A stretch of DNA of 64,000 nucleotides. Origin: a virus. Made by a program: the position numbers and the translations under genes. Of this stretch, positions 54,801 to 61,754 are shown one piece after another; position 1 is the first letter of the stretch, and each line of letters begins with the position of its first letter. The notes below the pieces were generated by a model, which saw only the letters and a list, made by a program, of their open reading frames with translations, was not told the origin of the DNA and made no database searches. The DNA is taken from IMG/VR virus record IMGVR_UViG_3300007513_000010; one strand, given 5' to 3'.

Positions 54801-57537
54801 TAAAATTCATTTTTCTGCTAATCCCGGGCGCGGCGTCACTATATCGGGAGGTCATTCTATCAATATGCGCCTAGGGGCTGGAGGCTCCTCTGGCGTTGGG
54901 CCCGGGTTTCTAAGAGAATTATCTACATCGCCAACTTCCAATTCTAATTTACGCAGCTCTTTGGGTCAGTATTTTGCAGGAGGTGTTACTGGATCTTTTG
55001 TAAACAATACAAAAGATAAAGGCATTCCAAGAATTAAAGCAAAAGCCATAAAAAGAGTTTCTTTCGAGGATTTACTAGACGTGGAAGGTTTGTTGGGTAT
55101 TGATTTGCCAGATAACGAGCCCCATCCTTCGGCAAGTTTTATATACGGAAACCAGTACTGGTATAAGACTTTTGATTACCCTTTTAAGTTTGGTACCGCT
55201 AATGTTGAGCACTCAAGAGAGTCTTTAGGGTTGGGCGCTTTTAGTAGTTTAAGCGACTATACAACATATAAGATGGCAATTAATAATTTTACAGCAGAAA
55301 CTGTAAACTTTTTCCTAAAAGATCAAAAGCTAACATCTTTTAAATCTAAAAAAATAAATTTCATATCTCCACCTGGAGTTAGTTATAAGATGAGAGTCTA
55401 CCTTCACAATCAGGACTTGGTGATGTATGATCGTCATTCCGCTTTTGGGCCACCCGTCGATGCCGGAGATGTTGTTAAAGAGGTGCGAACCGCGACAAAT
55501 GCTCAAGTTGGCAACAAAGCCTCTGGTAATTTTACAGTAAGTATTACAGATTCAGGCGGCAGTAACCATTGGACTCTGGACGCGCAATTAAATTCAACTA
55601 GCAACGGTGGCAACGAGGGCAAGTATCCGGGTATTACGATACCGCTATACAGCGGCTCTTCATCGACCAATATAAGCTTTTTGTTTTATCATGACGCTGC
55701 CAATAGTATGGCAAGTAACAACACTAGTGTTAAATATTTTATTAACTTGGAAGATGGCAGCGGCCTAAAGACAAATATCGAAGTCGCAAAAGAACTGAGA
55801 ATAGCGCTATCTTCTGCAGGTTTTTTGGTTACTAATTCTGACGCTGCAAAAATAATATTTACACAACCTGTGCAAGGCTCAGGCGGCAACGCGACTTTGG
55901 TCTCTGTTGATGGCGGCATTGCTAGCAATGTAGAGGCAGATGGTGTGGTGAAGGGCCTGAATGATGGAGGGAGTCACGAGGGCTATGTTATCGCCGCCGG
56001 CTGGTCAAACCCTCAAGGGGGGTCCTCCGCATCCGGAGTGGAGTATTTTACTTCTGGCAAGCAGCTTTTTGAGGGGTCTCATGGTTTTGCCCCTTATGTG
56101 CCGCCATTTTTGGACCCTGGCGCAGATCCTTATGTTGAGTTCACTTTTAATACCACCAAAGAAGGAGAAAATCAAACATACTCTTATGATGATCTCATGA
56201 GCGGCATGACTTTAGAATATAGGAACTTTTACAACATAGAGGCCCAGACTTCTTCTGCGACAAACTTTCAGCACGCGATGTGCCTAAGTGCAAGTCTCGA
56301 CCTTAAGTCGGGCTATTTGGAGCCAACATTCGAAAGAGAGTATGAATCAGGTAACAACTTAACAAGAATTCCTGGTAATCTTAGGGTTGTTATACCCAAA
56401 GATTCTTCTTCAAAGCGCTGGGTAATACAATCAAAGTGGGAGACCCCGCTGCTGGATTTTGAAAATGTGCCGATGTCTGTTTTGGATTTATCAAATTCAA
56501 CAGTAAATACTGCAGTTACAGACTCTCCATGGAAAACAGAAAATTGGTTAACGTATTTGACGCACTCTGTAAATACGGCAACAACCTATTTGACCGCTTC
56601 TAGAGGAATGTGGCACCAAAGGGGCAAACTACCAGGTGAAAACAAGAAGGGATATTTCTTGTCGATCGCAGATGTTAAAAGATCTGACGGAGAATATCAC
56701 CCCTCTTTAGCGAAAGCTGTAGGATTTTTACCAGAAGATCAAAAAACAAGCACACTTCGTATGGGAGCCATCGCTGAAGAAAAAGAAATAAGTGAAGCGG
56801 TGGTTGCAATACCGTATTATTGTGATATACACGAAAATGTGCAATTTTTCAAACTCCAGGAAAAGCAAATTCAAGTAGCTGAAGAAGAAAATAGAAAAAT
56901 TTTTGAAATGCCGGAAGGAGAGGGAAGAGAGAGAAGATTGAAAGAAGTGCGAAATCCGATAGCATTTCAGATGAGAATGATGAAAAAATATATTTTTCCT
57001 CCTCAGTTTGATTTTGTGCAATTTCCAAAAAAGGTCAGAAAAAAGGAAGCAGTAGCTATGTACGTTTTTGAATTCAACGCGAAGCTAACAAAGGAAGATC
57101 TTAAGAATATTTGGGAGAATACGTCCCCGACCTCCGCAGAATCAACAGCGATGCCCCAGCATTCCAATTCGGGTCTACGCGCGGGATCCACAATGGATAC
57201 CCAATATGTTTCACATACACTGCATTCTTCTTTGGAAAACCCATTAGATCCTAGGTTTTTGAAAGAGGAGGTGCGATGGCTTGTTTTTAAAGTCAAATAC
57301 CGAGCAGAAAAAGACTATGCACAAGTAAAACTTAATTCATTATATCGTGGCATGGAAAATATGGACTTGATTTCTATGGACGCTTTGTCAGACTTGTCAA
57401 CTTATAACTTAACGAGAGATTTGCAAGATATCCACTATTCTTACAATTGGCCGTATGACTTCTTTTCTTTAGTAGAGCTAGTTAAAGTAGAGGCAAAGGT
57501 AGATTTTGTAACGGCTAGAGATCCAGGTAAACCATAA
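45856..57537 (+). CDS. Giant 3893-aa baseplate/tail protein with LamG (concanavalin A-like) domain(s) and repeated inserted modules
   Basis: LamG motifs TVEFWLK, KWHHYAF, FYVDG and GSLDDFRFW; KRKGT..S.R.LIRCFG baseplate-type motif; internal ~130-aa repeats. Confidence 0.8.
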   Translation: MSGKDQGGKTGGSKLGDFLNKEKSILNKSLEDISRDAESPKFIKSKSQSRSRFLPDIDYSQPSNFARFGSAERYYKDSIERIYKTYPYDGSKHEQEEWFLSSSHLDLYLFKKEYPHATGAVKFSHSGWGSKTGASQQSYGQPADKQYILFYGGPTKGDLYDTSLGRESCLKFTPTAGNTVEFWLKKGEYVNSLTEKEVIFDCYSKNAAGAADTARFKIELDSTVGSSASPFKLTYMSGNVGLNHVSVGTVSKSALVDNKWHHYAFSLVASGSVLKHDFYVDGVINEQGTSSIAPMGDSNRNMIATLGSLVTTVSSQAGLGWGKLSGSLDDFRFWKKYRNPKDVGRFYHDSVNGGTKNDHTNSSLGIYFKFNEGITGDYSQDSTILDYSGWAKNGAVVGYTSGFRTEESAIHESGATKWTEKGDPIMLPIHPKVDNMLSTFKTKGQAWDIENTNNLFNTFPSFMLEEDRGRLYELIQIMSSQFDEIYTLIEHLPKLKRKGFKDVNVSGSASIRTKANSEVHNKTYCDPDYQTENTGGRFEDPTKVKLIPDGRGIFGGADLFSSFLDRDDREQYDYSLLQIRDFFIQNLYNTATEINKRKGTEDSFRNLIRCFGIDDKIIKLNIYADNFEYKVDESQLHTVSKQKSLNCGVTDHFNATVHHNTGSASYTRNYIAGSTPTNSGQGITLEGNVIFPKVDSEASPYYVSKDFETISIFGMHKAELLTENLKVDYSNPASFQVQAVRDIVRPNDVHFRLTSSAGLITELTSSVYQEIYDNKPWNLSIRIKPNSESLFGTLTGSVDKNYTLEFSGYNYDLDSLSETFQLTASLSSAVANAVLAANKRVYMGAHRNNMTGSTREKTDLRFVSLSYWQDYLESAELQAHARDFGNIGRLGLYKNIDVNAGALDNYDIRKNDALALHWNFEMHTASSDTGVMDILDISSGSLDTIGAFGHYGNIVGYQHPGKVQFANIPSKAIMQEFLSVSKFSYLENIHSSDQVQILDLDRTTFKRNEKPITFFYSFEKSMYAAISEEILKYFAGLIEFNNLIGEPVNKYRSDYKGLRVLAQRFFEKSQGDLDYDRFVEFYRWVDDSISKFIDQIKPYSARFSKKILNVVESHTLERNKYDHKFPTIEMKLNDPIAPILGINELLYDWEHGHAPLTTTVSSGTLAAATGKITIMGSSASLLDGGTVTITNTAGLEKVYIFDDDGDGATGTVDGSGRVRVQISGFSKDAMATQLKNAINHDNGHGDTITITGPGLEWSDDGILNFTQATAGSAGNVTITSTVSSGYFDPEGFSGGTGGSTSSRSEKDKCLWWKDRADRRHDIPAAASVDKDRERQRVARNTHASGSTYVLRKLSRPYKFGVTMQTGFRSGQNRKTNKNDEFYKSVSKFGSTANITLPAVDIIEDTYCNDIIDPNYKERFRIKSYTVGVDGYYDRDSDYSLPFSLFSSSAGSSFPSTKAGLIVTNNHHDHYGDDHEIPLQGPFTEAHVGGMPHRHESLAGTLSQARATIQVDTGELGTTTLILKNSGGTTHTITAAALGASNPSTATKINTDLIGNANDATVQMKVSLDAANAAGNIKMNVSTITNNSDGNPRIITLTQFDTGGHGNTPIAGTMVSGNKVLVNSLDPDSAHGELFFTGGNRIERLEAYEVRSDANSITIHPVPASDPRSYYFRDGLAKRPVNIANIKYTTGSAILGNYDRDYQVVLTNGRSLNNNDFVDNEGFSFSGSASTFINEIIDTSKPARTKTEHVIVNRFSNAGPETAADSNGGYSVDVESGEFSAYNTINYKNMNARRILSRLHIEKSEQFGLRSGSLNTLLDYTLTSSLDGPTEIRPSMATSVHMQNRNPHYYLDLPVRATMTIMTDTGTLSTNSLTLKNSDGTTHTISAAALGGGNPSTATQVNTDIVGNANDAATQIRASLAAAATAGSIDMIVSAVTNNSAGDPRVITLTQNHPGTTGNTEVAGSLVSSNKLIINNITAGGSHGELFFTGGANPGSYDYDNFVVYHQIPQNDIQYTWITASSTDTIKTFRGHTSNFTIPSSSGHQYPAEIQFLQKSDHASYWWMEPSTYSRIWGIAPGYASAEGENPPGYQQPVYTDFVGMNANIYEPVSSSINTLGYSSLEFSDTAKAGHTGLFVSINYTNQTFLDGNFVYGGQTSPGEESRVYGVGSHGYAWGNMILNALIQHRQGPYGWPSWKQLRGASHPIMRSHRKNNQYSIHFREGVPSTSPIVDYEYDISPRGSKIKDKSARYSSRVAKNYFDIPVTSKFDPFVMMNFSDSTLRFIEDMGSGTGDQVMENVLWWLTDVSTVFQPDSQMFENMYFAVRDTYTNAISTFSNPEIISALKIDEVTHQPMESMMAAYQDDSRADKPDAFHQINYLEAIYPREINTYTKNARNRENFVFHSWNSDRSKRENILIGSAISAYSDNSVIFPKIRPVIENYTETNSLFVDTLDYKNSGATIVQYITSSAWLLDSRKDFSKEPLSLTASYTSTNASFLANRDQGVRGEGELQNDYSIFGLGYNRIHGTPPPALVYNRRIPQPYGTYGADGYEEYLAGESKWEVNKDSSSPFYDKYTDYNEEIRLVGQNYSLVPEFKISDHIETIVKLSDQSTSREDFNTPLETLLSLTGGVYNTSHGTLAVGSNFYKTYSTSDFLKYFGTIQDSFEESNAPFAPGRLTLKCKGVMKFLPYRGFYPVERTAQIGEIFTKCYLQDYRYKSLNGSDVSDHLDKKMSGSLHHAIKPLMAPGVLYNSIKSGVAVDYPLFENDIRGTKAIGFININLLDASKTAWTANSISSAGTYPKIQMGLLEADGTTTTKTFHFFSDAVDNASESTHVKYVDVGQPPELAASLDRRSASRNTQVARQLSAKLVAAGFEVVDLNYLVETDYSVINTDGSISSGTNPPDRMPTALWSTGDPDFNIGVIPDPGEDSSGRAKAMYIPGVGLVSVPGVGGACIVFRQPYVGSSGNVALSVSDGVRDGSGQEASKIHFSANPGRGVTISGGHSINMRLGAGGSSGVGPGFLRELSTSPTSNSNLRSSLGQYFAGGVTGSFVNNTKDKGIPRIKAKAIKRVSFEDLLDVEGLLGIDLPDNEPHPSASFIYGNQYWYKTFDYPFKFGTANVEHSRESLGLGAFSSLSDYTTYKMAINNFTAETVNFFLKDQKLTSFKSKKINFISPPGVSYKMRVYLHNQDLVMYDRHSAFGPPVDAGDVVKEVRTATNAQVGNKASGNFTVSITDSGGSNHWTLDAQLNSTSNGGNEGKYPGITIPLYSGSSSTNISFLFYHDAANSMASNNTSVKYFINLEDGSGLKTNIEVAKELRIALSSAGFLVTNSDAAKIIFTQPVQGSGGNATLVSVDGGIASNVEADGVVKGLNDGGSHEGYVIAAGWSNPQGGSSASGVEYFTSGKQLFEGSHGFAPYVPPFLDPGADPYVEFTFNTTKEGENQTYSYDDLMSGMTLEYRNFYNIEAQTSSATNFQHAMCLSASLDLKSGYLEPTFEREYESGNNLTRIPGNLRVVIPKDSSSKRWVIQSKWETPLLDFENVPMSVLDLSNSTVNTAVTDSPWKTENWLTYLTHSVNTATTYLTASRGMWHQRGKLPGENKKGYFLSIADVKRSDGEYHPSLAKAVGFLPEDQKTSTLRMGAIAEEKEISEAVVAIPYYCDIHENVQFFKLQEKQIQVAEEENRKIFEMPEGEGRERRLKEVRNPIAFQMRMMKKYIFPPQFDFVQFPKKVRKKEAVAMYVFEFNAKLTKEDLKNIWENTSPTSAESTAMPQHSNSGLRAGSTMDTQYVSHTLHSSLENPLDPRFLKEEVRWLVFKVKYRAEKDYAQVKLNSLYRGMENMDLISMDALSDLSTYNLTRDLQDIHYSYNWPYDFFSLVELVKVEAKVDFVTARDPGKP
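50362..51825 (+). repeat. Two diverged copies of a ~135-codon module (about 50362-50769 and 51412-51825)
   Basis: Both copies share LKNSxGTTHTI, AAALG, NPSTAT, GNANDA, PRxITLTQ and HGELFFTGG; about 60% aa identity by manual alignment. Confidence 0.9.
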
Positions 57538-58359
57538 ATGGCTTTTATTAACAAAAAAGAAGAAGTAATACAGATAAAGTTAACACAGTTTGGAAAAACG
57601 CAGCTAGCAAAGGGTCGATTCCGCCCACACTATTATGCTTTTTTTGATGACGACATTATTTATGATGCTTCCCACGCCGGAGTTGTGGAGGATCAGAACG
57701 ATATAATAACGAGAATTAAAGAGTCTCCTAGACTTGACCTACAACACGTAACAAAGGGAGTAGAGCTTAATTACTTGACTGGGTCAGATTTAATAGAAAA
57801 GGGAGAGAGAGACCTTTACGAGCCGCTAGATGAATTTCAAGAGACTGAAGAGAGGGATAGAATTCTAAATAGAATATTGGGATCCTCTCATCATGGCACC
57901 CAAGAGGCGCCCTATTATACTCTAGACGCTCTGGGGGGGGCGATTATAAAAAACGAAAACTTGCAAGTAACTTTTAGTACAGGTTCGGGAGAGTCTAAAA
58001 TACCACAAATAGAATTTAGGCCAGAGTATGTGATATTTAGCGATAATAGAAGAAAGAGGGATCCGATTCAGGATCTTGAAACCTTTGTAGACCTTTTATC
58101 TGAAAATATAGAATTTTTAGACGGAACGACACTTCACATAGAAAAGGAAGATCTTGTTCTTGGTCTAACAGAAAGTAACGCACCTTTCATAAAGGATACT
58201 TTTGAATATCAGCTTTATGAAATAAACAAAGAGCAGGGTGAAGAAAAGTTAGTCCCAATTGAGGACGACGGTCAGCTTTTCGAGATAAGGAAAGACAAAA
58301 AAATATCTAACTATGAAAAGCATAAAAAAGGGCTTGTTAAGGGCTTTTTCAACACATAG
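57538..58359 (+). CDS. Putative virion structural protein
   Basis: 273-aa ORF directly abutting the giant gene; N-terminal LTQFGK..LAKG.F...YYAFFDDDI.Y. Confidence 0.7.
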   Translation: MAFINKKEEVIQIKLTQFGKTQLAKGRFRPHYYAFFDDDIIYDASHAGVVEDQNDIITRIKESPRLDLQHVTKGVELNYLTGSDLIEKGERDLYEPLDEFQETEERDRILNRILGSSHHGTQEAPYYTLDALGGAIIKNENLQVTFSTGSGESKIPQIEFRPEYVIFSDNRRKRDPIQDLETFVDLLSENIEFLDGTTLHIEKEDLVLGLTESNAPFIKDTFEYQLYEINKEQGEEKLVPIEDDGQLFEIRKDKKISNYEKHKKGLVKGFFNT

Positions 58360-58376
58360 GAGAAATAACTGATTTT

Positions 58377-61300
58377 ATGTTAGAATACGCAAAAACACCC
58401 ACCATTTTGACAAAAAGAATAATAGTTACGCCAAGAAGCGTCCCTGTTGATCCGCTAGGCGCTGAACCCGCTCGAAACCTAGCAATAGACGTAGACTTTT
58501 TAATAAGAGAGGCTAGAGATTATTCGTGGTTTAGGATACCGGAGTTTAAAAAATACATAAACCTTTATGTCTTAGAGGTCCGTGGTTCAACAGGATATGC
58601 TCAGAATCTTTATAGTATGCTTTACGACACATCACGAAGATGGGGTGCTTTAAAGGATTGGCTGATAACAACCCACCACATTCCAAGAGAGGTGGCAGAG
58701 TCTCAACACTCTATTGAAGGAATATTTCAATCTCTTATGGCCTATAGCGATGAAAGGTTGGGGGTTACGTGCCACACATACAGCCTGAACGATGTCATAG
58801 ACCAACACTCTACAACGCTAACTATGCAAGCTCAGAGTGACCTAGATCTAAATTCAGGTACGGGGGTTTCGGGAGCAGAACCGTTTGATTATCTTTTTAG
58901 TAAAGAATACAAAATCAGTAAAGACATTCAAAATTTATCATTTATATGTTTTTCCCACGTGGATGTCGAACAAATGTTAGAAGACTTCTCAATAGATCCA
59001 ACGATTTATCCATCTGCGATAGATGAAATTCATCAAGTTGGTGGGATAACAACTATGGATGTAGTCTTTGAAGAGGGAAAAGTCCCCACACAAAGCCTTA
59101 TATATGTCCACCGCGAGGATGAAACAAAGATTTGGAATGGCCCCACTCACTATCACCCCCCAAACAGCCCCTCTCCGGATGGATACGTTGGGTGGATGGG
59201 TGGAGTTTCTCATGTATCTCCGGGACCTAAACCGAAGTTAAAGCAGATAGGAGTCAGAAATACGAAAGTTAAATACGATGCTGACCCGGTTTCGATTGAT
59301 TATTTCGGCGGCGACCCGGGCTATGGTGCACCAATCGCAAATTATCCTATAAGTGTTGGTAATTATGACTTTTCGACAATTGAGAGATCAATTGATATGA
59401 TTTCTCGCATGACGAGAGATACAAACGATAGCTCTATAAGACAAAAATTTGAGGAGATCCTAGAAAAACACAGAGGAGACAACGTGATAGATGGTTTTAT
59501 GGAAATAAGTAGAGACCTTCAGGGATCAGCAAAAATGGTTTTTTCGTTTGACTATCTCAATGTGATAAAGCAGAATTCAAAATATGGTTATTTTTTAGAT
59601 TTTGTTCCCCCTGGCGTTAAAGCGGCTATGTTAACTAGCAGTCAAATACTTAGCCTTAAGGTTGTGAGGAAAAGGGTGAGCAATTATCCTACTGGAATAG
59701 GGTATTTTGGAGAAAACGACTATAAACCTATGGATACTGATGATGTGCCTCATTTGGTTGTCGAAACTGCAGACTCAAGCGACCCGGTTTGGAATCACAA
59801 ATTGATCACAAAAGCACAACGAGATAAGAGACAAGAAAGAGTAATAGCAAAGATTGAGGAGTGCGCCATAAGCTTGCCAGACGAGCCAACCCCGGAGACT
59901 TTTAGGCACTTTGTCCTGAGGGACTATGACTTTTCTAGAGTTAATGCAGGGGTTTATACTTACCAGATTCACTTAATCATAAAAGACGGGATAGAGGAGA
60001 CCCTAAGAGAACTGCTTTCCAACGCCCGGAAAGCAGCAAACGAATTGTCGGATTTTATACAGATTGCAAGAATACCAAAAATAAAATATAAGAATTCCGA
60101 GGATCGATATTATGACTATCATGTCGATAGGGGTGGCGCTTTTGATGTTTATAGGCTTAGTGACTCAAGAGTTGGGGAGTCTTCTGGTCATTACGATTAT
60201 GAGAAGAAAGTTTTTACTGAGGAGTTTAGAGAACAGGATGATGTTATCTCAAAGTTGGAAAATGCAATAGATATATATACTTTGATAAGAACTATTTTCG
60301 CTTATATTTCTGGTACTGGAGAATCTTTGGATTGGAACTTGGTGTCGCATCATATAGAGGTTAACACAAGTCCTCTTATGAATGGTACTTTAGAATCTTG
60401 TGAAATATTTTACCAGAGATTTCGAGATATTGTCGCCTTCTTATCTTCTACGTTGGGAGAAAAACTTGAACCAAACTCGACCATTTCGGAGAACCCGACC
60501 GCGGCCTTTAATGCAAGGTTGAATTCCTATAAACCCCCAGCACACATTGAGGTTTGCAAGGACTATAAGGCTTACATAAATGCTGTAAAACGCCCAGTTA
60601 CTCGTTCTTATTTTGGGCCCCTCACTATGTTCACAGCTTTAGCTGACATTGTTGAAAAACTACAGCTAGATAGGAATATATACTCTCTGCCGCTAAGTTT
60701 TTACGACGGACCAGGAACCATAGTATTCCCGGATGCATATTTGCTTTCCGGCCCATCGACATCATCGAGCTCCACCACAATGCCCGCTTCGGAAAGTTAT
60801 TTTGATGATCCTCGCCGCGGCAGCAAATACAACCAGGGAGCAAAAGAATACTATAAGAAAAATACGATCCTTGCGTCAAGGATGCTGTACAGCAAGCCCA
60901 TAGAAGAACTGGCTCCTATAAAGTTTGGTCTTGATAGGCTCACAAAGCGCGCCGCCGCGTCCTCAATTGGTGGCATGTCGGGCATTTATACAAAAACTTT
61001 TGACGCTACTGGTTTTGTTGGCTATATAGAGGGTCTAAGTGTCGGGGCGCTGGGTTTTGGTACTGGTATGGTGTTCCAAAATCTTGTCGACCCTTCTCCG
61101 AAGAACACACTTACGCATGAAAATTTCAATAAATTGTTGTGTGGGGCTTTGTACGTTTTGGACTCGGCAAAAGATTATAGAAAATTTATAAGAAACATAA
61201 TTAAAGAAAGAAATTATTTGGTTAAAAATGATGGACTAATGAAGTATATTGATGTTTTAAAAAACTATAGAACGTTTGCCGGAAATGTTACAAAAGGTCC

Positions 61301-61754
61301 GTACGACACCTCTAAAAGATATTTAGAATCTTCTTCTATGGCTGAGCACAAAGAGGCAAACAAGTTTAAAGAAAAGTTCGAAGAACTAGAAGCAGCTGGC
61401 ATACGTGACCCAAACGCTTTTGATATAAAAAGCAAATATCTCTTGGGCTCTCCTATGGAATTAGTGATGAGGACAAGGATATCTTCCTTAAATACGGGCG
61501 GTCCCCGTTCGAGCAACAAGTCTTCTGCAACCGGGTTTAGGGCGTTTTTGCAAAATTCGAGACCCTCTGAGCCGGCAGAGTCGGCACTCTCTATGTTGAA
61601 TCGAGCTTCTAGAAGGTCCCGCTCAGGGCAAACTGTCCGCCGAATAAAGGTTCTCACCCTAGAGCCGGTAATCTCACCCACATCATCAGTTGGTAAAACT
61701 TTTGAAGAGAATGATTTTGATACGGCAGATACAACAATGTTGGTGGAATTTTAA
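58377..61754 (+). CDS. Large hypothetical protein (1125 aa), probably structural
   Basis: Long ORF in the structural operon with AGGAG upstream. Confidence 0.75.
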   Translation: MLEYAKTPTILTKRIIVTPRSVPVDPLGAEPARNLAIDVDFLIREARDYSWFRIPEFKKYINLYVLEVRGSTGYAQNLYSMLYDTSRRWGALKDWLITTHHIPREVAESQHSIEGIFQSLMAYSDERLGVTCHTYSLNDVIDQHSTTLTMQAQSDLDLNSGTGVSGAEPFDYLFSKEYKISKDIQNLSFICFSHVDVEQMLEDFSIDPTIYPSAIDEIHQVGGITTMDVVFEEGKVPTQSLIYVHREDETKIWNGPTHYHPPNSPSPDGYVGWMGGVSHVSPGPKPKLKQIGVRNTKVKYDADPVSIDYFGGDPGYGAPIANYPISVGNYDFSTIERSIDMISRMTRDTNDSSIRQKFEEILEKHRGDNVIDGFMEISRDLQGSAKMVFSFDYLNVIKQNSKYGYFLDFVPPGVKAAMLTSSQILSLKVVRKRVSNYPTGIGYFGENDYKPMDTDDVPHLVVETADSSDPVWNHKLITKAQRDKRQERVIAKIEECAISLPDEPTPETFRHFVLRDYDFSRVNAGVYTYQIHLIIKDGIEETLRELLSNARKAANELSDFIQIARIPKIKYKNSEDRYYDYHVDRGGAFDVYRLSDSRVGESSGHYDYEKKVFTEEFREQDDVISKLENAIDIYTLIRTIFAYISGTGESLDWNLVSHHIEVNTSPLMNGTLESCEIFYQRFRDIVAFLSSTLGEKLEPNSTISENPTAAFNARLNSYKPPAHIEVCKDYKAYINAVKRPVTRSYFGPLTMFTALADIVEKLQLDRNIYSLPLSFYDGPGTIVFPDAYLLSGPSTSSSSTTMPASESYFDDPRRGSKYNQGAKEYYKKNTILASRMLYSKPIEELAPIKFGLDRLTKRAAASSIGGMSGIYTKTFDATGFVGYIEGLSVGALGFGTGMVFQNLVDPSPKNTLTHENFNKLLCGALYVLDSAKDYRKFIRNIIKERNYLVKNDGLMKYIDVLKNYRTFAGNVTKGPYDTSKRYLESSSMAEHKEANKFKEKFEELEAAGIRDPNAFDIKSKYLLGSPMELVMRTRISSLNTGGPRSSNKSSATGFRAFLQNSRPSEPAESALSMLNRASRRSRSGQTVRRIKVLTLEPVISPTSSVGKTFEENDFDTADTTMLVEF

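Noticed and set aside
29970-57537. Two giant ORFs of nearly equal length (3896 vs 3893 aa) as a duplication
   Set aside because: No shared motifs are visible and compositions differ, so the similar length looks coincidental.
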